Virus record (IMG/VR): IMGVR_UViG_3300037961_003161
Location: 1 to 61,892 of that record
Source of the DNA: a virus
Lineage: Duplodnaviria; Caudoviricetes
Length of the DNA stretch: 61,892 nt
Reading direction: 5' to 3' (one strand)
A program made the position numbers and the translations under genes. The notes under the pieces are model-generated. The model worked only from the letters and a program-made list of their open reading frames with translations, made no database searches and was not told the origin of the DNA. Positions 16,064 to 25,493 of the stretch are shown piece after piece (position 1 is the stretch's first letter; every line of letters starts with the position of its first letter).

Positions 16064-16351
16064 ATGAGATTTATAAAATTTAGAAGAGACGCAAATATAA
16101 GCTTCTATGTTCAAGCTGATAAAATAGAATTATTAGAATCTTCGTCTAACACAAATGTACATGTTTATGCTAATTTCACTAACGATGATTTAGCTACAGA
16201 TAGATTGCTAATAACTACTGCTACTGACAAAGCTCAAGAGACACTTGACTCGTTAGGTGAGCACATATCTGAACCGCGTGGGACTGCAATATTAGCTGTA
16301 ACTAGTGATTTATTTAGACATATTACTGGAATAGGTATAGACATACAGTAA
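16064..16351 (+). CDS. Hypothetical protein (paralog of previous ORF)
   Basis: FIKFRR...FYVQADKI. Confidence 0.7.
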   Translation: MRFIKFRRDANISFYVQADKIELLESSSNTNVHVYANFTNDDLATDRLLITTATDKAQETLDSLGEHISEPRGTAILAVTSDLFRHITGIGIDIQ

Positions 16352-16792
16352 TTGAGATTAACTAGTCACGACATACGTGAATTACAAATCCTTAAGTATT
16401 ACAGGCTCACAAGAAAGTGGGCTTGTAAGACTTACGGGTTAACAGACGCAGATTTAGAGCTGTTAATATACCTAGACTGCAAAGGGCGGTTTACAAGGCA
16501 AGAGTTTATAGACGGTACCTACACCATGAGTTGGGATAAAAACCGTTGGGAAAAACTAAGACGTGAAGGTTGGATAGAGGTTTGGAGGCAAAGAAACCGT
16601 ACCACGATAAAATACACTGTGTACAAAACTTCAATGAAGTGTTCGCAGATAATAAGTAGAATATACAGAATACTGCTAGGTGAAGAAGATCTACCTACAT
16701 CAGAGAGAAGTATATTTTTTAATAACAAAACATATACAGATAAAGTCTTTAACAAGGCTATAGATGATATGATTAAAGATCCCGATAGATAA
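16352..16792 (+). CDS. Putative winged-helix DNA-binding protein (TTG start)
   Basis: YGLTDADLELLIYL...LRREGWIEV MarR-like pattern. Confidence 0.6.
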   Translation: MRLTSHDIRELQILKYYRLTRKWACKTYGLTDADLELLIYLDCKGRFTRQEFIDGTYTMSWDKNRWEKLRREGWIEVWRQRNRTTIKYTVYKTSMKCSQIISRIYRILLGEEDLPTSERSIFFNNKTYTDKVFNKAIDDMIKDPDR

Positions 16793-17133
16793 TGGCGTTT
16801 AAGTTAGGTAAAGAAAAAAGACAAATTAGAACATCTGAGACTACACCAATTTTTAGAAAGAACCTAGACGCAGGCATTATGGGTGAAGCTAACTCAGATG
16901 GCTCTATATACATTGACGTTAGCGTTCCTAAGAATATGATAAACTATGTAGCTACACACGAGATGCAGCATCAGACAGATATGAGGATAGGTAAAACTAC
17001 TTACGACGATAACGCTGTTTATCACATGGGCCAAGTATGGCCAAGAGGAAATGGATATATAACAGACCCATTTACAGGTAAGAAATACCCTGAAGGGAGT
17101 AGAGAATTACCTTGGGAAAAAAATAAAGTATGA
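16792..17133 (+). CDS. Small zincin-like metallopeptidase
   Basis: GEAN.DGSIYI...HEMQH (HExxH)...LPWE; MAFKLG leader. Confidence 0.65.
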   Translation: MAFKLGKEKRQIRTSETTPIFRKNLDAGIMGEANSDGSIYIDVSVPKNMINYVATHEMQHQTDMRIGKTTYDDNAVYHMGQVWPRGNGYITDPFTGKKYPEGSRELPWEKNKV

Positions 17134-17552
17134 TACAGAATTTAGTAGGAGGATTATTTGGTAAAATTGTTGACAACGCTGAAGGTATACTCGACAAGGT
17201 TATTACTACAGACAAAGAACGCGATGAAGCAAAGCTTGCTTTAAAAAAGCTTTTATTAGACGCAGAGCGCGAAGCTTTTACAAAAGAAGTTGAAGATCGC
17301 AAATCTGCACGTGATCTTTATAAAGACGATGCTATTATTCAAAAGGTATTAGCAACGCTATTTACTATAGCTTATTTTGGTATAACGTTTGTAATGTTTA
17401 ATTACTTTGTTACTAAAACATTAGAGCTTGGTGAATTTGAAATAAGTTTTATATCAACTATATTTGGCGCTATGAGTGCTAAAGTAAATACAATAATAGA
17501 CTTCTTCTTTGGTGGAAGTTCAAAGAAAAACGAACAAATAAAAGAAAAATAA
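17130..17552 (+). CDS. Putative holin
   Basis: Amphipathic N-terminus, DRKSAR, two TM segments, FFFGGSS. Confidence 0.7.
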   Translation: MIQNLVGGLFGKIVDNAEGILDKVITTDKERDEAKLALKKLLLDAEREAFTKEVEDRKSARDLYKDDAIIQKVLATLFTIAYFGITFVMFNYFVTKTLELGEFEISFISTIFGAMSAKVNTIIDFFFGGSSKKNEQIKEK

Positions 17553-17553
17553 A

Positions 17554-17916
17554 ATGGCAATGAATTCAACTGCAACAGCTTATAACTTCGGACAGCTAGG
17601 TAGTGCTCACATGCACAACGATCACACCGAAGATTTAACTCCACCCGATGGCATGGTGATAGTAGCTATAACTATGATTGACGCTACTAAATTTGACAAG
17701 TTAGCTTGCGACACTAGCAACTCTGTAGTATATGGTGGAACCGAAACTAACAACGTATACTTTGGTATTACAAATGGTAATACTGGCGGAAATAGTGAAA
17801 TTATTCAAAATGATATAGAATTTCCAGCTGGTATGACTATATATGGTAGATGGAAAATCGTATCTTTACAAGCAGCGCAAACTACAGGTGGTATAATCGC
17901 TTACTTCGGATTTTAA
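17554..17916 (+). CDS. Putative virion structural protein
   Basis: Beta-rich; FPAGMTIYGRW...IIAY. Confidence 0.6.
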   Translation: MAMNSTATAYNFGQLGSAHMHNDHTEDLTPPDGMVIVAITMIDATKFDKLACDTSNSVVYGGTETNNVYFGITNGNTGGNSEIIQNDIEFPAGMTIYGRWKIVSLQAAQTTGGIIAYFGF

Positions 17917-18281
17917 TGGCATTAGGTAACGCGAATTCAAAAGCCCAGTCTAGAGGTAAAAACAAACCTGTTATTGTTAAGCGACGCAAAGAGGTTGTTG
18001 CAGGTAAAGCGCTTTTCACTGGAACTATACTTAATTTACCAGTAGATGTTAATAAACCTTTAAACGCGTGCGGTCTTGGCACACCTGATACTATTGTTTT
18101 TCACGATGGAGGTGGTGATAATTTTGGAGGCGTAGTTATTGGAACTAAAGTATATACAAGGCGTAGAGTTAATGATAAATTTGCTCTTGCAACCGGTGCT
18201 TACAAAGCTATTGATGATAGAGGAAGTAATGTCTCTATATCAATAGTCAACGGAGGTATAACAGCTTTAAACCGTTGTTAA
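17916..18281 (+). CDS. Hypothetical/structural protein (start moved to MALG)
   Basis: TAATG coupling at 17916. Confidence 0.6.
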   Translation: MALGNANSKAQSRGKNKPVIVKRRKEVVAGKALFTGTILNLPVDVNKPLNACGLGTPDTIVFHDGGGDNFGGVVIGTKVYTRRRVNDKFALATGAYKAIDDRGSNVSISIVNGGITALNRC

Positions 18282-18307
18282 ATAAATAACTAATTAAATT
18301 AAATAAA

Positions 18308-18589
18308 ATGGCAAAAAGAAAGACGCCTAAGATTAAAGATCTTGGGCCTAAAAAAATTACTGACGAGCAATTAAATAAATTACAAAACTTGGTGCGAGCT
18401 ATTAACGAGTGTCAAAACGACATAGGATCTATAGAGACTAGAAAGCACGCTTTGCTTCACCAAATAATAAAGTTTCAAGAGTTACTTGAGCAATTGCAAA
18501 AAGATTTTAAAGAGCAATACGGAGATGTTGATATTAACATAAACGATGGAACTATAAAAGAAAAGCAAGATGAGCAAGCTAATTCGTAA
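18308..18589 (+). CDS. Coiled-coil protein
   Basis: Heptad pattern; YGDVDININDGTI. Confidence 0.7.
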   Translation: MAKRKTPKIKDLGPKKITDEQLNKLQNLVRAINECQNDIGSIETRKHALLHQIIKFQELLEQLQKDFKEQYGDVDININDGTIKEKQDEQANS

Positions 18590-18791
18590 AATTACAATAG
18601 GTAAAGACTATAAAATTGACGCTATGCACTATTCTGTTGGACAGGAGGTTTATGGTGGTCACACTATAAGTAATATTGTAGAAGAGAAAGATAAATACAG
18701 CATTTACATTAAGAAAAACAAGGATATTATGCCTTGGAAAGACTTTAATAAAAACATGGCTGTATCTATTGAGTACAACCTAGAGTATTAA
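18570..18791 (+). CDS. Conserved phage hypothetical protein
   Basis: IRKITIGKDYK.DAMHY.VGQEVYGGH. Confidence 0.75.
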   Translation: MSKLIRKITIGKDYKIDAMHYSVGQEVYGGHTISNIVEEKDKYSIYIKKNKDIMPWKDFNKNMAVSIEYNLEY

Positions 18792-19396
18792 TGAAGTCGG
18801 TATATAACTACATAATAAAGCCTAAAGGCCAACGCTACAACAACTCTGTTGATGTTGGAGAAAAAAGTTTAATACTTAATACAGAAATATATAATCATCA
18901 GTTTGTAAATAGAGAGGCTGAAATAATATCTACACCTAGTGTTGGAAGTTCTGAGCTTAAGGTTGGTGACACTGTAATAGTTCATCACAATGTGTTTAGA
19001 CGTTGGCATAATATGAAAGGTATAGAAAAAAACAGTAGAGCCTTTTATAAAGAAGATATGTATTTTGTAAGCGAAGATCAAATATTTGCCTATAAACGAA
19101 ATCAAAACTGGAGTAGATTTAAAGAGTCTAAATGGCACGCGTTAAAAGGTTTTTGTTTTATTAAACCTATAAAATCTATAGATAAATTTTCTACAGAAGA
19201 AGAACAACCTTTGATAGGTATAGTTAAGTATACAGATGGATCTGTAGATGTAGGCGACTTAGTAGGTTTTAGACCTAACAGTCAATACGAGTTTGTTATT
19301 GATGGGCAAAGACTTTATAGAGTTTATTCTCATTTTATTACAATTAAATATGAATATCAAGGAAACGAAGAAGAGTATAATCCAAGCTGGGCATAA
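18791..19396 (+). CDS. Tandem GroES-like domain protein
   Basis: Two units: IIKP...LIL...LKVGDTVIV and FIKP...GIV...VDVGDLV.F...EFVIDGQRL. Confidence 0.6.
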   Translation: MKSVYNYIIKPKGQRYNNSVDVGEKSLILNTEIYNHQFVNREAEIISTPSVGSSELKVGDTVIVHHNVFRRWHNMKGIEKNSRAFYKEDMYFVSEDQIFAYKRNQNWSRFKESKWHALKGFCFIKPIKSIDKFSTEEEQPLIGIVKYTDGSVDVGDLVGFRPNSQYEFVIDGQRLYRVYSHFITIKYEYQGNEEEYNPSWA

Positions 19397-19628
19397 AGCA
19401 GTTGAAGAGCTTATAAAAGTTGCTCAAGAACAAATTATTACTCATAGCGAAGACGATGTATCTGCAGATAGATTAAAAAATGCTGCAGCAACAAAAAAGC
19501 TAGCTATATTCGATGCTTTTGAAATACTTAATCGTATACAAGAAGAAGAAAATATATTAGAAGGTAAAGAGCCTGAAGATAAAAAAGAAAGAGTATTTAA
19601 AGGCTTTGCCGAAGGAAGATCTAAATAA
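19350..19628 (+). CDS. Probable terminase small subunit
   Basis: Small helical protein coupled (TAATG) to terL. Confidence 0.55.
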   Translation: MNIKETKKSIIQAGHKAVEELIKVAQEQIITHSEDDVSADRLKNAAATKKLAIFDAFEILNRIQEEENILEGKEPEDKKERVFKGFAEGRSK

Positions 19629-21841
19629 TGTACGAACAAACGTTATATAAAATTGTTGAACCAGTTAAGAAGACAACTATAAATCGACTTAACAAAACTA
19701 AAAAATGGAAATATGGATATAATAAAGAAAACGATATTGTCGTTATTAGCAAAACTGGAAAAATTGGACAAGTGGTGGAGATTCAAGGTCTGCGAATTGG
19801 GTTGCCGACTGAACCGAAACGAGTGCATTTGTTCGACAAAGGTAAATGGCAAAGGCTAGAATATCCTAAAGAGTTAGGTAAATTAAAGAATATATTTGAT
19901 TGGAGATCGTATCCTGAAGAAGCAAAAGAGCAGTGGTATGATTATATAGACGAAGAGTTTAAACGTCGTGACGAAGGCTTTTGGTTTGAAAACAACGGTA
20001 AGCCTACGTATATAACTGGAAGCCATTATATGTATCTTCAATGGAGTAAGATAGATGTTGGAGCTCCAGACTTTCGTGAAGCAAATAGATTATTCTTTAT
20101 ATTTTGGGAAGCTTGTAAAGCTGATACAAGATGCTACGGTATGTGTTATTTAAAAAACAGACGTAGTGGCTTTTCGTTTATGAGCTCAGCTGAAACAGTT
20201 AATCTAGCTACAATATCATCAGACGCTAGATATGGAATATTATCAAAATCAGGGGCAGATGCTAAAAAAATGTTTACCGACAAGGTTGTACCAATATCTA
20301 TTAACTATCCGTTCTTCTTCAAACCCATACAAGATGGTATGGACAGACCTAAGAGTGAACTTGCTTATAGGGTTCCTGCTAGTAAGTTTACGCGTAGAAA
20401 AATTACTACGAACGAACAAGAGGAAGAGTTGGTTGGACTTGACACTACTATTGATTGGAAAAACACAGGTGATAACAGCTACGATGGTGAAAAGCTTAGC
20501 TTGTTAGTTCACGATGAAAGTGGTAAATGGGAAAGACCTGACAATATACTAAATAACTGGCGAGTAACAAAAACTTGTTTACGTCTTGGTAGTAGAATTA
20601 TAGGTAAGTGCATGATGGGAAGTACATCAAACGCTTTAGAAAAAGGTGGTAACAATTTTAAAAAATTATACAATGACTCAGACGTCAGAAGTAGAAATAA
20701 AAATGGACAGACAAAGTCTGGTTTATATTCTTTGTTTATGCCAATGGAATGGAACTTTGAAGGATTTATTGACGAATATGGACAACCAGTATTTAATAAC
20801 CCTAGCGATGATGTATTCGGACCAGATGGTGAATTAATAGACATTGGCGTTATTGATCATTGGGAAAATGAAGTAGAAGGACTAAAAGACGATCAAGACG
20901 CTTTAAATGAATTTTACCGTCAGTTTCCAAGAACTGAAGAGCATGCGTTTAGAGATGAAACTAAAAACAGTCTATTTAATCTTGCGAAAATATACGAGCA
21001 AATAGACTATAATGAAGGTACAGATAGCTCTGCTGTTTTAACTACTGGTAATTTTCAATGGGTTAATGGTATTAAAGATACTAGCGTAGTTTTTAATCCT
21101 GACCCTCAAGGTAGGTTTAAAGTTAGTTGGGTACCAGATAGAAATTTACAAAACCGAGTAATACTTAAAAATGGAATAAAATACCCAGGAAATGAACATA
21201 TTGGTGCCTTTGGCTGCGATAGCTATGATATTAGTGGTACTGTTGATGGTAGAGGATCCAACGGATCTCTTCATGGACTAACCAAATTTAGCATGGAGTC
21301 TGCTCCTGCTAATACTTTTTTTTTAGAATATATTTCTAGACCACAGACCGCTGAAATATTTTTTGAAGACGTATTAATGGCTTGTATATTTTATGGCATG
21401 CCAATACTCGCGGAGAACAATAAGCCAAGACTTCTTTATTATTTTAAAAGAAGAGGCTATAGAGGTTTTAGTATGAATAGACCAGATAAAGTTTGGAACA
21501 AATTATCTACGGCAGAAAAAGAAGTAGGTGGTATACCAAACTCTAGCGAAGATATTAAGCAAGCTCATGCTGCTGCGATTGAGATGTATATTAACGATCA
21601 CGTAGGTATACTTCAAGATGGAACATACGGTACGATGTACTTTAATGAAACGCTAAATGATTGGGCTAAGTTTGATATAAATAAAAGAACAAAGCATGAT
21701 GCTTCTATTAGTTCTGGTTTAGCTGTAATGGCTTGCAATAGACACTTGTATAAACCTGTTGCTGATAGGCAAAAACAAAAATTAAATTTAGGCATAGCTA
21801 GATACGATAATCAAGGCTTTGCTTCAAAAATAATAAAGTAG
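19628..21841 (+). CDS. terL: Terminase large subunit
   Basis: Walker A-like KNRRSGFS, Walker B LLVHDESGK, GSTS, nuclease FGCDSYD...HDA. Confidence 0.92.
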   Translation: MYEQTLYKIVEPVKKTTINRLNKTKKWKYGYNKENDIVVISKTGKIGQVVEIQGLRIGLPTEPKRVHLFDKGKWQRLEYPKELGKLKNIFDWRSYPEEAKEQWYDYIDEEFKRRDEGFWFENNGKPTYITGSHYMYLQWSKIDVGAPDFREANRLFFIFWEACKADTRCYGMCYLKNRRSGFSFMSSAETVNLATISSDARYGILSKSGADAKKMFTDKVVPISINYPFFFKPIQDGMDRPKSELAYRVPASKFTRRKITTNEQEEELVGLDTTIDWKNTGDNSYDGEKLSLLVHDESGKWERPDNILNNWRVTKTCLRLGSRIIGKCMMGSTSNALEKGGNNFKKLYNDSDVRSRNKNGQTKSGLYSLFMPMEWNFEGFIDEYGQPVFNNPSDDVFGPDGELIDIGVIDHWENEVEGLKDDQDALNEFYRQFPRTEEHAFRDETKNSLFNLAKIYEQIDYNEGTDSSAVLTTGNFQWVNGIKDTSVVFNPDPQGRFKVSWVPDRNLQNRVILKNGIKYPGNEHIGAFGCDSYDISGTVDGRGSNGSLHGLTKFSMESAPANTFFLEYISRPQTAEIFFEDVLMACIFYGMPILAENNKPRLLYYFKRRGYRGFSMNRPDKVWNKLSTAEKEVGGIPNSSEDIKQAHAAAIEMYINDHVGILQDGTYGTMYFNETLNDWAKFDINKRTKHDASISSGLAVMACNRHLYKPVADRQKQKLNLGIARYDNQGFASKIIK

Positions 21842-21844
21842 AAT

Positions 21845-24265
21845 ATGGCTAATAAAAAAGGTAATTATTTTCCAAGTCAAGCTGTCAGTGATATAGAAAA
21901 AGTTAGTTATGACTATGGCTTAAAAGTTGCTAAAGCTATCGAGCAAGAGTGGTATAGCGATAATCAAGGTGTTTATGCGTCTAGCTACAATATGCACTCT
22001 CATAATCAAAGAAATTTTCACAACTTAAGACTTTACGCTAGAGGCGAACAATCAATACAAAAATATAAAGATGAGTTATCTATAAACGGTGACTTAAGCT
22101 ACTTAAACTTAGACTGGAAGCCTGTACCTATTATACCTAAGTTTGTCGATATAGTTGTTAACGGTATGGCAGACAAAGAATACGATATAAAAGCGTATTC
22201 ACAAGATCCTTACGGAGTTGCTAAGAGAACCGAGTATATGGAAAGCATATTGAGAGATATGAAAACGCAAAATCTTAACAACTACGTTAAGAAAGCTTTT
22301 GGCGTAGATTTGTATCAAAACGATCCAGAGACTTTGCCAGGCTCAAAAGAAGAGTTAGACCTTCACATGCAGTTAAGCTACAAGCAGTCTATTGAAATAG
22401 CTGAAGAGCAAGCTTTAAATGTTTTGTTTGAAGGAAATCAATATGATTTAATTAAAAGAAGATTTTTTTATGATTTAACTATTTTAGGTATTGGAGCTGT
22501 AAAAACAAACTTTACAACTTCTGAAGGTGTAACTATAGATTACGTTGATCCAGCAGACTTAGTTTATTCTTATACTGAGTCACCATATTTTGATGATATA
22601 TATTATGTAGGTGAGGTTAAGAAAGTACCTATTAACGAACTAGCAAAACAATTCCCACACTTAACACAAGAAGATTTAGAAAAAATATCTAAGAACAATT
22701 ATCAAAGACCTGAAAATTACGCTAGCTATACTGAAGAAGATAATAACAAGGTTCAAGTTTTATATTTTAACTATAAAACATATATGAACCAAGTTTACAA
22801 AATAAAAGAAACAGGTACAGGTGGAGATAGAGCTATAGAAAAAGACGACACTTTTGACCCACCAGAAGAAGCTCAAACTAACTTTTCAAAGCTTCAAAGT
22901 AATGTAGAGTGCATATATGAAGGCGCTTATATAATAGGCACAGGAAAACTTTTAAAGTGGGAGATGTCTAAAAACATGATGCGTCCAAAAAGTGACTACA
23001 CTAAAGTTAAAATGAATTATTCTATAGTAGCTCCTCGTATGTATAAAGGTCGCATAGAGTCTTTAGTTAGTCGTATTACTGGTTTTGCTGATATGATTCA
23101 ATTAACACACTTGAAGATACAGCAAGTTATGTCAAGAATAGTTCCTGATGGAGTTTATTTAGATGCTGATGGTTTAGCTGAAATAGATTTAGGTAATGGC
23201 ACAAACTATAATCCACAAGAAGCTTTAAACATGTTCTTTCAAACAGGTTCTGTTATAGGTAGATCGTTTACACAAGATGGTGATATAAATCCTGGAAAAG
23301 TACCTATACAAGAAATAAGAAATGGTAGCGGTGGAAACAAGCTTCAAGCGCTTATTGGTAATTACAATTATTACCTGCAAATGATTAGAGATACCACCGG
23401 TCTTAATGAAGCTAGAGATGGTAGCACGCCAGACTCAAACGCTTTAGTTGGTATACAGAAGCTTGCTGCTGCTAATAGCAACACTGCGACTAGACACATA
23501 TTACAAGCTGGTATGTTTTTAACTTCTGAAATAGCAGAGTGTTTATCATTAAGAATATCTGACATAATAGAGTTTTCACCTACTAAAGACGCGTTTATAC
23601 AAGCGATAGGCGCTCATAACGTAGCTACACTTGAAGAGATCTCTGAATTACACTTGTACGACTTTGGTATATTTTTAGAATTAGCTCCAGATGAAGAAGA
23701 AAAAGCTTTACTTGAAAATAACATACAAGTAGCTATAGCTCAAAAAAATATTGACTTAGAAGATGCTATAGATGTAAGAGCGGTAAAAAATATTAAGTTA
23801 GCTAATCAACTGTTAAAAATTAGAAGAAAAGAAAAGGAAGCTAAAGATAAGGAGTTGAAGAAGTTGAATATACAAATGCAGACTGAAGCTAACACAAAGG
23901 CAGCTCAAAACTCAGCTCAAATAGAAATGCAAAAAGAGCAAGTGTCAGGTCAAATTAAAGCTCAATTAGCTCAAGCACAAGCTCAATTAGAATCTCAAAA
24001 GTTAATACAAGAAGCTGAAGTTAAAAAGCAATTAATGCAGCTAGAGTTTCAAATGAACATGCAATTAAAGTCTTTAGAGACTGAAGGTATGAAGGCTAGA
24101 GAAAAAGAAAAAGAAGATCGTAAAGATGAGAGAACTAGAATACAAGCGTCTCAGTCTAGCGAGCTTATAGATCAAAGAAAAACAGGTAAGCCACCTAAAA
24201 AGTTTGAATCATCAGGTAATGATGTACTTGGTGGGTTTGACTTAGGTGGATTTGAACCTAGATAA
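21845..24265 (+). CDS. Portal protein
   Basis: Follows terL; 806 aa; PIIPKFVDIVVNG; Q-rich helical C-terminal barrel. Confidence 0.88.
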   Translation: MANKKGNYFPSQAVSDIEKVSYDYGLKVAKAIEQEWYSDNQGVYASSYNMHSHNQRNFHNLRLYARGEQSIQKYKDELSINGDLSYLNLDWKPVPIIPKFVDIVVNGMADKEYDIKAYSQDPYGVAKRTEYMESILRDMKTQNLNNYVKKAFGVDLYQNDPETLPGSKEELDLHMQLSYKQSIEIAEEQALNVLFEGNQYDLIKRRFFYDLTILGIGAVKTNFTTSEGVTIDYVDPADLVYSYTESPYFDDIYYVGEVKKVPINELAKQFPHLTQEDLEKISKNNYQRPENYASYTEEDNNKVQVLYFNYKTYMNQVYKIKETGTGGDRAIEKDDTFDPPEEAQTNFSKLQSNVECIYEGAYIIGTGKLLKWEMSKNMMRPKSDYTKVKMNYSIVAPRMYKGRIESLVSRITGFADMIQLTHLKIQQVMSRIVPDGVYLDADGLAEIDLGNGTNYNPQEALNMFFQTGSVIGRSFTQDGDINPGKVPIQEIRNGSGGNKLQALIGNYNYYLQMIRDTTGLNEARDGSTPDSNALVGIQKLAAANSNTATRHILQAGMFLTSEIAECLSLRISDIIEFSPTKDAFIQAIGAHNVATLEEISELHLYDFGIFLELAPDEEEKALLENNIQVAIAQKNIDLEDAIDVRAVKNIKLANQLLKIRRKEKEAKDKELKKLNIQMQTEANTKAAQNSAQIEMQKEQVSGQIKAQLAQAQAQLESQKLIQEAEVKKQLMQLEFQMNMQLKSLETEGMKAREKEKEDRKDERTRIQASQSSELIDQRKTGKPPKKFESSGNDVLGGFDLGGFEPR

Positions 24266-24287
24266 TTATTAACTTATATTTTATATT

Positions 24288-25466
24288 ATGGAAGAAAACG
24301 AGAACGTAGAAGAAACTACTAATGTAGTTGATGAAAGTAAATTTGAATCTGCCGGTGATGACAGTGTTATTAAAGTAGATTTAAGTAAACCAGTTGAAAA
24401 TGAAACCAAAGAAGAAACAACAGAGCCTGCAGATGACGCAGCTGACGACACAGGAGTGGTTGGAAGCGATGAAAACACCGAGTCCGTACAAGAACAGAAA
24501 GAAGTACAACCGGAAGCTGAAGCACAAGAAGAGTCAGTTGCTTTAGAAGAAGTAACAGATGAAGAGGTTGTTGAAGAAGCTAAAGAGCTAGCTGAAGAAG
24601 CCGCTGAGGCTATAGCTGAAGCTCAAGAGACAGGTAGAGAGCTGCCAGAAAATATTCAGAAGTTAATTGACTTTATGGAAGAAACTGGTGGTAGCTTAGA
24701 AGATTACGTTGAGCTAAATAGAGATTATTCTGAATTAGATAATCTTACGGCCTTAACAGAATATTATAGAAGAACAAAGCCGCATTTAACGGCTGAAGAA
24801 GTAAATTTTTTAATTGAAGATTCTTTTAACTACGACGAAGAAGTAGACGAGGAAAGAGATATTAAAAAGAAAAAGATAGCGCTAAAAGAGCAAGTTGCCA
24901 GTGCTAAAGCCTACTTAGACGGGCAAAAGTCTAAATATTATGACGAGATTAAAGCAGGATCACGCTTAACGCCTGAACAGCAAAAAGCTTGGAACTTTTT
25001 TAATCGATATAACAAAGAGTCAGAAGAAAATAAAAAAATAGCAGATAGAGCTAAAACGCATTTTGACAAAAAAACTAACGAAGTTTTTAACGACAAGTTC
25101 AAAGGTTTTGAATATAATGTTGGTGACAAAAAGTATAGGTTCAACGTAAAAAATGCTGATGAGGTTAAAGCAACTCAAAGCGACATTAATAACTTTGTCA
25201 AAAAGTTTTTGGCAGAAGATAATACAATGTCAGACGCTAAGGGTTATCACAAATCTTTATTTACAGCAATGAACGCAGACGCTATTGCAAAACACTTTTA
25301 CGAGCAAGGTAAAGCCGACGCTTTGAAAGAAAACGTGGCTAAAAGTAAAAACGTAAGTATGAGTCCTAGACAGTCTTACGGTAATGCTGAAACTGGCGGC
25401 TTAAAATTTAAAGTGTTAAATGAAGGTTCTTCTGGTTACAAGTTTAAATTTAAAAACAAAAAGTAA
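24288..25466 (+). CDS. Putative scaffolding protein
   Basis: Very acidic N-terminus, helical body, between portal and capsid. Confidence 0.65.
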   Translation: MEENENVEETTNVVDESKFESAGDDSVIKVDLSKPVENETKEETTEPADDAADDTGVVGSDENTESVQEQKEVQPEAEAQEESVALEEVTDEEVVEEAKELAEEAAEAIAEAQETGRELPENIQKLIDFMEETGGSLEDYVELNRDYSELDNLTALTEYYRRTKPHLTAEEVNFLIEDSFNYDEEVDEERDIKKKKIALKEQVASAKAYLDGQKSKYYDEIKAGSRLTPEQQKAWNFFNRYNKESEENKKIADRAKTHFDKKTNEVFNDKFKGFEYNVGDKKYRFNVKNADEVKATQSDINNFVKKFLAEDNTMSDAKGYHKSLFTAMNADAIAKHFYEQGKADALKENVAKSKNVSMSPRQSYGNAETGGLKFKVLNEGSSGYKFKFKNKK

Positions 25467-25493
25467 TTTATTAACATTTAAAAACACTTAATT

